This document shows, one piece after another, positions 40,020 through 49,736 of a stretch of DNA of 64,000 nucleotides. The position numbers were made by a program, and so were the translations under genes. The stretch comes from a virus. A model generated the notes under the pieces. The model was given only the letters and a program-made list of their open reading frames with translations. It made no database searches and had not been told where the DNA came from. The DNA lies in the IMG/VR virus record IMGVR_UViG_3300027976_003475; one strand, given 5' to 3'. Numbering within the stretch: position 1 is the stretch's first letter; the number at the start of each line of letters is the position of its first letter.

Positions 40020-42010
40020 CGCGGGCTCACCAGCGCCACCGGCGCGAGGCTCTTCAGGTCGAGCTCGAAGGGCAGATAACCGAGCGCGTTGACCTTGCCC
40101 GTGGAGAGCACGGCGATCTCGCGGGCGAGGCGGGCCGCCTGCGGTACGGTAGCGCGCATCCCGGTCATCCCGTGCCCCTTCACGAACACGGCATAAATCG
40201 CGCGCCCCAGCGCGTCGGGCGCGGTCAGTCGCTCGAACTCCTTGACCACACGCCGCGCGGTCGCGTCGGGGAGAAACTTGTTCTGTTCGTTGCTGAACAT
40301 CGTGGCGTCAGAGAGGTAGCCGCAGCGCAGCCCCCTCGCGTCGCACGACACCAACCCGTCGAGGCCCGCGGCGAATTGCGAGGCGCGGCGAATGTCAAAC
40401 GCCACGTCCACCTCCGCGCCACCCGGCGGCACCGACACGTTGCGGACCACCAGCGGCGTCGACACGTTGCTGGCGTCGCGGTACAGCGCGATCCGTACGA
40501 CCGCACCCGCGGCCGGAAGGGCGACGGCGCAGGCGTCGGGCGCGGCGCACGTCTGCGGCCCGGCGGCGCCGCCGACGATCGCCACCCGCCAGCCCTCCGC
40601 GATGCCCGTCACGCGCAGCGTGGTGCCCAGCTCCGCGCCCACCGTCGGCGGGCTCTGGATGAGGCTCTCGATGAGGTCCGCGAACGGCACGATGTTCTCA
40701 CCGGCGCGCAGCTCCACCACGTTCGGCAGCGCGCGGTAATCGGTCAGCACCGGCTGCCCCGAGGCCGAGGCCGAGGTCGATCGGTACGCCTGGACGCGGT
40801 ACACCCCCGGCGCGACGCGACCGGCGAACGTGGTGCGGTCGGGCTGCTGCTCAAGCTGAATCGCGGGCGCGTCATTGTCCGCCGGGCGCGTCAGCTCCAC
40901 CACCCACGCCGAGCCACCGTCCAGCGGGATCGCGCCGGGCATGGCGTTCGTGAGCGGCGCCCCCATCACCTTCACCGCCGCCAGCGGCTCCGAGGCGTCG
41001 GGCGTCATCGCGGCGTAATCAACGCGCTGATCGCCGCTCGCGCTGATCGACACGCGCTGGCGGCGCGAGGCGCCCTCCCGCGTGGTCACGCGCACCTCGC
41101 GGGCGGTGTTCGCCGTGGCGGCGGGCAGCGGCAGCGCCCACGACACGCCATCCGCGAGCCACACGCCGCGCGCGTCGTCGAGCCGGGTCTCCCCCAGGAA
41201 CGTCGCGCCGTACGGAGGCATCGGAGAAATCACCAGCCGCAGCGGGCGCAGCGTTTCGAGGCTTGTCAGCATCGTCGGCGTGAGGCCCATCGTCGGGGTA
41301 GCGACCAAGCCGGGGGCGGGAGCGGGCGGGGCGCCGTCAAGACCACCGATGAAGTCCACCGGCGGGCGACCACTGCGGTTGATGACCAAGCGGCCCGCGG
41401 GCGCGAACGCCGCCGTGTCCTCGAAGCCGTAGACCCGCGAACGGAAGTCGGGCCCGAGGCGCGCGAGCGCGTCGTACGGGTTCTCGCCAAGCCGCGCGCC
41501 GGGCAGCGTGGCGTCAAGCCAGAGCCAGCAATCGTCGCCGCGCGACGGGTCCACGCACACCTGCGCGGACACATGGTTGAGCGGCGAGCCGGGCTGCTCC
41601 ATCCACACGACGCGAGCGCGGAGACCCACCACCATGCACAGCGCGACGAGTAGCGAGGCCAAGTCCTCGCAGTCACCGCCACCCTTCGGGGCGTTGGTGA
41701 TCGGAGAGACGGTGCGACCGCCCTCCCCTCCGAGCGTCCACAGCACCGTCTGAAGCACCTCCTCCCCAGCGGGGTCGGGGGCGTAGTCGACGAGCAGGTG
41801 CACCGCATCGCCCAACCACTGCACCAGCTCCTCGGGCGTCGGCACTCGCCCGAGGCGCTCCCCAAGCATTGCCGTCAGGCCAGCCCCCAGGATTTTCACG
41901 CGGTCGTCCGCGGCGCCCGCGGCAGCGAGCCGCATGAGCAGGTCGAGCCGCGCCAGCGGGAGCATGGTGGGGGGGATCAGAATGCATCGCGCGCAGATTT
42001 CCGTCGCCAT
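40016..42010 (-). CDS. Transglutaminase-like (Cys-His-Asp) protein with beta-rich C-terminal domains
   Basis: GDCEDLASLL, LNHVSAQV, WLWLDATL; start codon uncertain. Confidence 0.78.
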   Translation of the reverse strand: MATEICARCILIPPTMLPLARLDLLMRLAAAGAADDRVKILGAGLTAMLGERLGRVPTPEELVQWLGDAVHLLVDYAPDPAGEEVLQTVLWTLGGEGGRTVSPITNAPKGGGDCEDLASLLVALCMVVGLRARVVWMEQPGSPLNHVSAQVCVDPSRGDDCWLWLDATLPGARLGENPYDALARLGPDFRSRVYGFEDTAAFAPAGRLVINRSGRPPVDFIGGLDGAPPAPAPGLVATPTMGLTPTMLTSLETLRPLRLVISPMPPYGATFLGETRLDDARGVWLADGVSWALPLPAATANTAREVRVTTREGASRRQRVSISASGDQRVDYAAMTPDASEPLAAVKVMGAPLTNAMPGAIPLDGGSAWVVELTRPADNDAPAIQLEQQPDRTTFAGRVAPGVYRVQAYRSTSASASGQPVLTDYRALPNVVELRAGENIVPFADLIESLIQSPPTVGAELGTTLRVTGIAEGWRVAIVGGAAGPQTCAAPDACAVALPAAGAVVRIALYRDASNVSTPLVVRNVSVPPGGAEVDVAFDIRRASQFAAGLDGLVSCDARGLRCGYLSDATMFSNEQNKFLPDATARRVVKEFERLTAPDALGRAIYAVFVKGHGMTGMRATVPQAARLAREIAVLSTGKVNALGYLPFELDLKSLAPVALVSPR

Positions 42011-42074
42011 CCGGGGACAGTACGCGCGGCGCATCGCGTTGACAACGGCATCGCGCATACCCATACCGGCGGAC

Positions 42075-42449
42075 ATGGCGAACGGTGTGGGGGAGGTCAT
42101 TCGCGCGGCACGCGAGGCACGGGGCACCGGGGGCCGGGCGCTGGCCCGCGCCGTGGGTATTTCAGCCTCCTACCTGTGCGACGTCGAGCACGGACGCCGC
42201 GCGCCGTCCCTGGACGTCCTCACGCGCCTCGCCGCACACCTCTCGATTGAGTCGGCGTTGCGCGATCACCTTGACACCGGCACGGAGGCATGGCTGCGCG
42301 AGACGCCCGGCGTCGTCGCGTTGCTGCGCGCGCTTCGCGCCGCGGGCGCGACGGCCGACGACCTGACGGCGATGCAGCGGGCCGCGGAGCGCCTGCGGGT
42401 CACCCGCTGCGTGGCCGTCCCCGCGGGCGCGGCGTGCGCCCATGAATGA
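42075..42449 (+). CDS. XRE-family HTH regulator
   Basis: IRAAREARG..LARAVGISASYLCDVEHGRRAPS. Confidence 0.85.
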   Translation: MANGVGEVIRAAREARGTGGRALARAVGISASYLCDVEHGRRAPSLDVLTRLAAHLSIESALRDHLDTGTEAWLRETPGVVALLRALRAAGATADDLTAMQRAAERLRVTRCVAVPAGAACAHE

Positions 42450-43866
42450 GCTCGCGTTCGCGTGGTGCGTCGATTGTCAGCGAATGGTCCCGCGGCTGTC
42501 GTGGCTCGATCACGACGCCCACGAAATGCGGGAGGCGCACCCGAAGGGCGCGCGGCGCGCGGCGCCGCTCGGCACGGGCACGACCGACGCCCCTTTGCGC
42601 CGGTGGGTGTCGGGCCTCGACGGTTGGGATCGATGTTTGGGCGGTGGGATCGTCCCCCGAACCCGCATCCTGCTGACGGGCGACCCTGGTGCGGGAAAGA
42701 GCACGCTGACGTTGCTGGTGCTCTACCTGCTCGCGGCGCAGGGTCTTCGCGCGCTGCTTTTGACCTCCGAGGAAACCCGCGAGGAAATTGAGCTCCGGTT
42801 CCGGGGCATGGGCCTTCCGCCGCAGCCGCGACTGTGGGTGTACGCCACCGAATCGTGGGAGCACGGGCGCTCCGCCATCGTCGAGCACAACCCCCAGGTG
42901 GTTGTGCTCGACTCGCTGCAAGAGTTCGGCACGGCGGCTGCCAAGGGCGAGCCCGGCAGCGACGCGCAGATCCAGGGCCTCATGCGACTCACCAAAGGCG
43001 TCGTGAATGAGAAGGTGCAGCGCTCCATGATTATTATTGGGCACGTCAACGCGGACGGCGACGCCTACGGCCGCATGGCGAACGTGCACAAAGTCACGAC
43101 CTGGGTGCATTTCAGTCGCGACGTGGCGGGCCGCCGCGTGCTGACCACCCGAAAAAACCGACACGGGCGCTCGGGCGAGGTGGCGTTGTTCGAGTTTCCT
43201 CCCAACGGCAAGCGCATTCGCGAGATTCCCGACGCGACGGCGCTGTTGCTCGCGGACCTCCTGGGGCGAGAGGGGGTGTGTGCGTACCCGGTCCTCCCCT
43301 CCGAGCGTCTGGCGCGGGCGGTGGTGGTGCCCGTCGAGGCGTCGGTGTCGCCGCCGAAGGCGGTTTCGGAGCCGCGCGTGCGCGCGTCGACCGGGTTGCC
43401 CGGCCGCTTGCTGGACGACGCGCTCGACCGCCTGGGCGACGCGGCGGTGAAGCTCACCGACCGCTCCGTTCGGGTGCAGGTGCCGCTCCTGGGCGAGATG
43501 CCCGTCACGGACGCAGCCACCATGCTCGCGGTGTGCTGCGCGATCACGGCGCAACTGGAGCGGGTCTCGCTGGGCGCCGTGGGCGCCTTTGGGGCGCTGG
43601 GCGCGTCGGGCCGGGTGATGCCCGACCCGCAGACCGACGCACGCCTCGCGGAGCTGGCGCGCGCCGGGGTGACGCTGGCGTTCGGGCCCCCACTGCCCCC
43701 GACCGGCGTGGTGATGCCGCGTGGGCTGACGTACGTCCCGATTGAATCGCTGGACGACCTGATAGAGCACGTCCGGGCGCGCGCGGCGATGGTGCGATTG
43801 CAGGAGGCTGGCGTGGAGGCGGCGCGGACGGCCGCGCGCCTCGACGCCGCAGAGGGGCGGCCGTAG
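42442..43866 (+). CDS. radA: RadA/Sms-like recombination ATPase
   Basis: GDPGAGKSTL, LTSEE, VVLDSLQ, KNRHG motif, Lon-like C-terminal domain. Confidence 0.85.
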   Translation: MNELAFAWCVDCQRMVPRLSWLDHDAHEMREAHPKGARRAAPLGTGTTDAPLRRWVSGLDGWDRCLGGGIVPRTRILLTGDPGAGKSTLTLLVLYLLAAQGLRALLLTSEETREEIELRFRGMGLPPQPRLWVYATESWEHGRSAIVEHNPQVVVLDSLQEFGTAAAKGEPGSDAQIQGLMRLTKGVVNEKVQRSMIIIGHVNADGDAYGRMANVHKVTTWVHFSRDVAGRRVLTTRKNRHGRSGEVALFEFPPNGKRIREIPDATALLLADLLGREGVCAYPVLPSERLARAVVVPVEASVSPPKAVSEPRVRASTGLPGRLLDDALDRLGDAAVKLTDRSVRVQVPLLGEMPVTDAATMLAVCCAITAQLERVSLGAVGAFGALGASGRVMPDPQTDARLAELARAGVTLAFGPPLPPTGVVMPRGLTYVPIESLDDLIEHVRARAAMVRLQEAGVEAARTAARLDAAEGRP

Positions 43867-43908
43867 CCGCGGCACCCTTGGGCGCCATCACGACGTTCGG
43901 CTGCTTTT

Positions 43909-44490
43909 CTAGCCGCAAGCGACGCTGGCGCCGATCTGGTGCGTCATCGCGTCCCAGCCGCCGCCGCGCGAGCCGCCGCGCGAGGCGTGGCGCCAGACGG
44001 CCCCGTAGGTGTCGCTGCCCGCCGCTGCCCGCCAGTGCGCCGTCTCGCCCCACACCCGCGCAGCCGCCGCGTCGAGCGCGGCGCGCTCGCTGCCCGCCAG
44101 GACGGCCACGATGCGGTGTCGCTCGGGCGCGTCCCAGCCCCCGATGCGGAAGGTCACCCGGTAGGGCGCGAGGGGCAGCCCCTCACCGACGACCTTGGCC
44201 CGCGCCCAAACGTCACGGTCGCGCGCCCCGACGCTGAGGAGGAGGACATACACCTCGCCGCCGAGGTCGCCGAGGGCGTTCCCCTCGCGCAGCTCGTCGT
44301 CGAGGGCGTCGAGGGTGTCGGTGTCGGTGTCGATCTCCAGCACACGGGGCACGCTGAGGGCGTCCCCCGTGTGCTCGCGGTACAGGCGCTCGAACCGGGC
44401 GCTCGCGACGGCGCGACGGGTGGCGGGCAGTGTCTCCATCGTGTCGGTGGCGAGCAGGTTGACGATGACGGTGGCGGTGGCGGTCTTCAT
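43909..44490 (-). CDS. Hypothetical protein (cassette)
   Basis: GAAAGGA RBS. Confidence 0.65.
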   Translation of the reverse strand: MKTATATVIVNLLATDTMETLPATRRAVASARFERLYREHTGDALSVPRVLEIDTDTDTLDALDDELREGNALGDLGGEVYVLLLSVGARDRDVWARAKVVGEGLPLAPYRVTFRIGGWDAPERHRIVAVLAGSERAALDAAAARVWGETAHWRAAAGSDTYGAVWRHASRGGSRGGGWDAMTHQIGASVACG

Positions 44491-44510
44491 GGTGGTCCTT
44501 TCGTATGCGA

Positions 44511-44930
44511 TCAGGTGCCGAGGATGTGCGCCGTCCAGCCGCGAGCGCGGAGGTCGTCGAGCGAGGCGCCCGGTTGGGCGTGGTCGCCGACGATCGCGAG
44601 GGCGGTGAGCTCGTCGGTGGCGACCACGAGCTCGTCGTCGCCGTCGCCGTCGGTGTCGACGGACCACAGGCGCCCGTCGAGCTCCGCGACCGCGGCCAGC
44701 AGCGCAGTGTCCAGGGCCTCGTAGGCGCCCTCGCTGCCAGACTCGCTGCCATCGCCAAGGTTGGCAGAGCAGTAGACGTGTCGGCCGTCCCAGCGCCCCA
44801 CACCGGCCGAGTGGCCGTCCTGCGCGATCGTGACCGAGCGGTTCGAGGCAAGGGCCCCCACGATTCGGTGCCCCGTGGGGGCCCTAATGGATGCCGTCGC
44901 GAGGACGTTTTCGGGGATGCGGGTGGTCAT
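44511..44930 (-). CDS. Hypothetical acidic protein (cassette)
   Basis: CAGGAG RBS. Confidence 0.6.
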   Translation of the reverse strand: MTTRIPENVLATASIRAPTGHRIVGALASNRSVTIAQDGHSAGVGRWDGRHVYCSANLGDGSESGSEGAYEALDTALLAAVAELDGRLWSVDTDGDGDDELVVATDELTALAIVGDHAQPGASLDDLRARGWTAHILGT

Positions 44931-44947
44931 GTTCGTGGCTCCTGGGG

Positions 44948-45571
44948 TCACTCGGCCGACGCGACCGCGATCTCGGCCGCGGTGAGTGCGCGCCGTCGGT
45001 CGTGCGACGACGTGGAGAGCAGGATGCGTCGGCTCGCAGCGGGGCTGGGCAGGTCGGTCCAGTCGACCTGCTCGGCGGACACGCCCGCGTCGGCGGGGTC
45101 GGCGGCGTCGGCGCTCGCCTCGGCGAGCGCGGCGGCGGTGCAGGGCCACCAGCCCGCCATCGAAGCAGTACCGCGGTACTCGACGAGCAGCGCGATCCCC
45201 TGGGCGCTCATCGCGGGGAGGTCGGCTGATCCGTCGGTGAGGGTGACGTCCTGCCACCTCCTCAGCGGCACGAGGGGGCCGTCGAGCTGCGACCGGACGC
45301 GGGCGAACTCCAGCGCCTCAAGGGCCTCGTTGGCCTCGTCGTTGGCCTCGTCGTCGGCGGGGTCGGCGGCGTCGTCGGTGTCGCAGAGCTTGGCGCCAGC
45401 GCAGAGGGCGCCAAGGTTTGCGTACCGCTCGACGGCGCCGTCGTAGTAGGTCGCCACGATGACGCCCCGCTCGGCGTGGAGCGCGGTCGGCGTCAGCGCG
45501 GCGTCGAAGGTGCCGAGCCGGACGTGGAAGGTGCCACTGGGGGCGGGGGTCGTGATTTCGGTGGTGCTCAT
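44948..45571 (-). CDS. Hypothetical acidic protein (cassette)
   Basis: CAGGAG RBS. Confidence 0.6.
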   Translation of the reverse strand: MSTTEITTPAPSGTFHVRLGTFDAALTPTALHAERGVIVATYYDGAVERYANLGALCAGAKLCDTDDAADPADDEANDEANEALEALEFARVRSQLDGPLVPLRRWQDVTLTDGSADLPAMSAQGIALLVEYRGTASMAGWWPCTAAALAEASADAADPADAGVSAEQVDWTDLPSPAASRRILLSTSSHDRRRALTAAEIAVASAE

Positions 45572-45617
45572 GGTCGTCTTGCTCCTGGGTGGCCGCAGCG
45601 CAGCGTGATACGGACGC

Positions 45618-45673
45618 TCACGATTCACGATTCACGATTCACGATTCACGATGTGCGATTCACGATGTGCGAT
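45618..45673. repeat. Heptamer array (TCACGAT x6 and GTGCGAT x2) upstream of the cassette
   Basis: Eight consecutive 7-bp units in intergenic DNA. Confidence 0.9.
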
Positions 45674-45824
45674 TGCAGGCGGCGCGGACGGCCGCGCGCC
45701 TCGACGCCGCAGAGGGGCGGCCGTAGCCGGGGCGCGTAAGCCCGGCGAAGTGACAGGGCACCGTCAATAAACTCGCCCCCCTTGGGCGCCTTCTTTTGGC
45801 TGTTTTTCTAGCCGCAAGCGACGC

Positions 45825-45852
45825 TTGACTTACGTCCCATAAGTGATGATAT
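45825..45852 (+). promoter_or_regulatory. Possible sigma70-like promoter for the 45862 gene
   Basis: TTGACT-16 nt-TGATAT in an AT-richer intergenic stretch. Confidence 0.35.
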
Positions 45853-45861
45853 GCGGGTCGC

Positions 45862-48039
45862 ATGGCAACCCCCCCTCCTGGCACTCCGTCTCCCGAGCAT
45901 TTCGACGTCGTGGACGACGCCGCGAGCCCGCGCGAACACCCGTGGACGCGCGAGGACATTGGCGCCGCCGGGTGCGTGCTCTTCGATCTGGCGGAGGTGC
46001 ACGCTCGCTGCGAGGTCGCGCGGCAGTACCCCATCCACCAGCTCGCGATTCGGCTGTGCGTCAAGTGGGGGACGTACGAGCTCCCGCTCAAAAGCGATTT
46101 GCTTCCGCTGAACGTCACGCAGGAGGAGATCGCGGAGACCTGGGGGTGTTCGCCCCCGGACGCCGAGACCCCGAACCGGCGGACGTACGTCCCGCTTCTG
46201 GTGGGGCGGAACCCGCGCACCGGCGGGTTTCAGAAAGTGATTACGCGCACCGGCGGAGCGTTTGTAATCAGCGTCGAGGACGCGCCGTGCAGCGCGTGGG
46301 AGTTCGACGAGACCGCGCAGCGGAACATGCGCCGGGATCTGCGCGAATACATGGCGGAGCGTCAACGGCTGGAGGGGCGGCACCACGAGTCCGCGCAGCG
46401 GTGGGAGGGCCCCGGCGGGGGCGGAGGACACTCGTACGGGGCTCCTCCGTACGCCGGGGGATACGACGCGGCGCCGCCCGAGCCGACGCAGCCGATGCCC
46501 GTGGCGCAGTCGATGCCCGTGGCGCAGTCGATGCCCATGCTTCCACCGGGGGCGCGCGGCCCCAACGGTGAAGACATCTATCACCCCGGCATCGGCTGGG
46601 TAAACAGCGCCATGCGGAACATGCAAATGCAATCGCAGTCCGCGACCCCGCCGCCCATCGATGCTCGCACCGCGGAGCTCGAAGCGCGGCTCCAGGTGTA
46701 CGAGGCGCGGGACAAGGCGCGCGAGGAGCGCGAGGCGCGCGAGGCCAAAGAGCGCGAGGAGCGCGAGAAGCGCGCCGAGGAGAAGCGCGAGCGCGAGGAG
46801 CGCGACCGGCGCGAGCAGGCGCGGCACGACGCGATGATCGCGCAGATGGCCGCGCAGAACACCGCGATGGTCAACGCCCTCGCGGCGATGCAGCGCCCCG
46901 CGGCGCCCGAGCAGAAATCGGAGAGCACCGGGCAGATTGTGGCGGCTGTGGTCAGCGCGGTCGGCACGGCGCTCGCGCCCATGGTGACGATGTGGCAGGG
47001 GTCGCAGACGCAGGCATTCGCCGAGGCGGAGCGGCGGCATGAGCGCGAGGCCAAAGAGCGCGAGAACGCGCACAAGGAACGGATCGCAGACATGCGCGCA
47101 CGGGAGTCCACCGCGGCGCAGCGACCGGCCGGGCCCGACCCGACGCTCCTGGCGCTCCAGTCGTCGATGGAGTCGATGAAGTCGGCCCTGAGTAGGTTGC
47201 GCGAGTCCCCGAAGGACTCCGGCGCGAAGGACAACCTGCTGGATCGGATGAAAGAGTTTCAGTCGATGAGGAAGCTCCTGGGGGTGAGCGACGACAAGAC
47301 CGCGGGCATCGATTCGGCCATGAAGCAGATCGCGGAAGAAGACCCGACCATCGCGCTGGTCGACAAGATCGGGGAGCGGCTCGAAACGCCGCTGACCGTG
47401 CTCGCCAACTACATCACGAAGCGCATGGACGCGAGCGACCACCGCGAGGAGCGCGAGCGGAGCAAGACCCGGCGCGGCGGGTGGGTGTCCGATGCAAGCG
47501 GGCAGCTCCACGCCGCGCTCCGGGCGAAACTCGCGAGCGGGCAGGAGGTGGACGTCCCCGACGACGCCGTGATGCTCGCAGACGGGACCATGATCCCGCT
47601 CGCGACGTATCCCGCGTACATGGCCCGCGCGCTCGCCGCGCAGCGTGTCGCGCAGCGCGGGCCGCAGCGCGGGCCGCAGCAGTTCGCGCCGCAGCCGCAG
47701 TTCGCGCCGCAGTTCGCGCCGCAGTTCGCGCCGCAGTTCGCGCCGCAGTTCGCACCGCAGTTCGCACCGGCACCGGAGTTCGCGCCGCAGCAGCAGTTCG
47801 CACCGGCGCCGCCTCCGCCTGACTGGCTCGGGCAGTCGCCCGATGCGCCGCAGGTGATCGCTGCACCTCACAGCGCCCCCGAGGGCCCCGCCGCGTCCGA
47901 GGGCCCCGCCGCGTTCGAGGAGCCCCTCGACCCCGAGGGCCCCGCCGCGTTCGAGGAGCCCCTCGACCCCGAGGGAGCGTCTGGCGACGACACCATCGCG
48001 CCGTTTGTGCCGGACTCCGCGCCGCGTGGTGCCGCGTGA
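45862..48039 (+). CDS. Coiled-coil, Gln/Pro-repeat hypothetical protein
   Basis: E/R coiled coil, QFAP 12-bp repeats (47680-47810), EGPAAFEEPLDP repeats. Confidence 0.75.
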   Translation: MATPPPGTPSPEHFDVVDDAASPREHPWTREDIGAAGCVLFDLAEVHARCEVARQYPIHQLAIRLCVKWGTYELPLKSDLLPLNVTQEEIAETWGCSPPDAETPNRRTYVPLLVGRNPRTGGFQKVITRTGGAFVISVEDAPCSAWEFDETAQRNMRRDLREYMAERQRLEGRHHESAQRWEGPGGGGGHSYGAPPYAGGYDAAPPEPTQPMPVAQSMPVAQSMPMLPPGARGPNGEDIYHPGIGWVNSAMRNMQMQSQSATPPPIDARTAELEARLQVYEARDKAREEREAREAKEREEREKRAEEKREREERDRREQARHDAMIAQMAAQNTAMVNALAAMQRPAAPEQKSESTGQIVAAVVSAVGTALAPMVTMWQGSQTQAFAEAERRHEREAKERENAHKERIADMRARESTAAQRPAGPDPTLLALQSSMESMKSALSRLRESPKDSGAKDNLLDRMKEFQSMRKLLGVSDDKTAGIDSAMKQIAEEDPTIALVDKIGERLETPLTVLANYITKRMDASDHREERERSKTRRGGWVSDASGQLHAALRAKLASGQEVDVPDDAVMLADGTMIPLATYPAYMARALAAQRVAQRGPQRGPQQFAPQPQFAPQFAPQFAPQFAPQFAPQFAPAPEFAPQQQFAPAPPPPDWLGQSPDAPQVIAAPHSAPEGPAASEGPAAFEEPLDPEGPAAFEEPLDPEGASGDDTIAPFVPDSAPRGAA

Positions 48040-48084
48040 CATTGAAAACGGGGCGTGCGAATCTCCGACCCCGGAGACCTAACG

Positions 48085-49341
48085 ATGACCCGTACACGCT
48101 CAGAACGTCGCACTGCCCCCTCCCATGACGCAGGCTGCATCGGGGATTACCTCCCGATCGCGGGCGAGCACCAGCTCTCCATCACGACGCCTTCCGTGCC
48201 ACCCGCGGGCGACCTGACGGGCCGACCGGCGACGCAGTACGGGGCGGGTCAGTTTCAGTTCGAGTCGAAGATTCTCGTGCTCGGCGTAGAGCCGACGCTC
48301 GACGCGGCCGGTTTCCAGGCCCGCCTGCAAAGCGCGGTTCGGCAGCTTGTGCCGGGCGTGCAGGTCACCGCCCGCATCGCAAAGGGCGCCGTGAGCAGCG
48401 TGCAGGTGCCGCGCATTCGGGGGACGCCCATGACGTCCCTGGTGCCGCTTCGCACGATCGACGGATGGTGGCTCGGCGTCACCGGGCAGATCAACTCCGG
48501 CGGCGGGTTCGCGGTCAACGGCAACAGCGGATTCAATCGCGCGCTCGCGCGCGCCGTCGCGCAGTCGGTGGCCTTCCGGGGGTTCGTCGATGCGGACTAC
48601 CGTTCGAACATCCCGACGGACGGAGCGCCGCTCGACGCGCAGTTCCGGCGCGACGATGCGTGCACGGGGGGATTCAACCCGGTGAGCGTGTACGCCCGCG
48701 CCTGCACGCGCTTCGCGGGCTCGACGCCGACGCAGCCCGCGGAGCCGCCCCCCCCGAGCCCGGCGCCGCCCAACGGCGTCGAGATGCCCAACGCAGGCGC
48801 CACCGGCGCCACCTGCGCCATCCGCATTCAGAGCAAGATGTTCCTGCGCCCCACGGCGACGTTCGCGACCCGCAACGCCGCCGGGCAGTCGTACCCCGAG
48901 ATTCCCGCCGGGACGGCCGTGCTGGTCACCGGGCCCAAGGTGTCGCAACAGCGCACCCTCGGGCTCTATCCCGTGTCCGTCGCAGGGCGCGCGGGCTTCG
49001 GCGCGCTGAACGCGGACGACTTCCTCGGCTGCACGCTCTACGCGGGGCCGGGCGGCACGGCCCCCACCGTCAGCACGCGGCCCCCGAGCGCCAGCAGCAC
49101 CTCCACGACCCCGCCCGCGCAGCGGTATCCGGGCATCGCGCTGCTCGACACCGGCGGGAGCTCCACGAGCTCCACGAGCACCTACGCCTACGGCGCGGTC
49201 GCATTCCTGGCCGTGCTCGCGCTCGGCGGCGCCGCCCTCTACGCGAGCCGGGCGAGCGAGAGACGCGCCGCGCGCGATCACCGCAAGCCGAACGGCCGCA
49301 GGGCGCGGCGCCGCGGGCGTCGTGTCCGCAGGGCGCGCTGA
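48085..49341 (+). CDS. Tail-anchored protein (putative virion protein)
   Basis: TM YGAVAFLAVLALGGAALY, then DHRKPNGRRARRR. Confidence 0.7.
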   Translation: MTRTRSERRTAPSHDAGCIGDYLPIAGEHQLSITTPSVPPAGDLTGRPATQYGAGQFQFESKILVLGVEPTLDAAGFQARLQSAVRQLVPGVQVTARIAKGAVSSVQVPRIRGTPMTSLVPLRTIDGWWLGVTGQINSGGGFAVNGNSGFNRALARAVAQSVAFRGFVDADYRSNIPTDGAPLDAQFRRDDACTGGFNPVSVYARACTRFAGSTPTQPAEPPPPSPAPPNGVEMPNAGATGATCAIRIQSKMFLRPTATFATRNAAGQSYPEIPAGTAVLVTGPKVSQQRTLGLYPVSVAGRAGFGALNADDFLGCTLYAGPGGTAPTVSTRPPSASSTSTTPPAQRYPGIALLDTGGSSTSSTSTYAYGAVAFLAVLALGGAALYASRASERRAARDHRKPNGRRARRRGRRVRRAR

Positions 49342-49343
49342 AC

Positions 49344-49736
49344 GTGCCCACGCTCGGTTATCAGAACCGACAGGCCACGACGCCGTTTGTCGTCACGAAC
49401 GGGGTGGAGCTCGACGTGCTCGCGACGACGGACAGCGCCAACGACTACCTCGACGGCATGAGCGTCAACGGCGGCGCGACGCTGCACCTCGAAGTCGATG
49501 CGCTGCTCGCGCTCGCGAACCTCGAACTCAAGGTGTACCGGCGCTCAGACAGGGGCTCCGCGTGGGGCATTTTCTTCGTCCAAACGGTGGTGCTTGGGAA
49601 GGTGCACACCGTCGACGTCGGTGGGCTGGCAGGGTACTCTGACGTGCGCTGCACGCTCAAGAGCACTGCGGCCGATGGTGCGGTCACGGTCGCCGCCAAG
49701 ATCACGATTTTTCCAGCGCCGACGCCGCAGCCCTAA
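49344..49736 (+). CDS. Small beta-sandwich-like protein (putative structural)
   Basis: GTG just after the upstream stop; alternating-strand pattern. Confidence 0.55.
   Translation: MPTLGYQNRQATTPFVVTNGVELDVLATTDSANDYLDGMSVNGGATLHLEVDALLALANLELKVYRRSDRGSAWGIFFVQTVVLGKVHTVDVGGLAGYSDVRCTLKSTAADGAVTVAAKITIFPAPTPQP

Larger units (their letters stand above)
43817..45825. repeat. Direct repeats flanking a three-gene cassette (53 bp exact at 43817-43869 and 45677-45729, plus cccttgggcgcc and ttttctagccgcaagcgacgct blocks)
   Basis: The repeat contains the last ~50 nt of radA including its stop codon. Confidence 0.9.
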
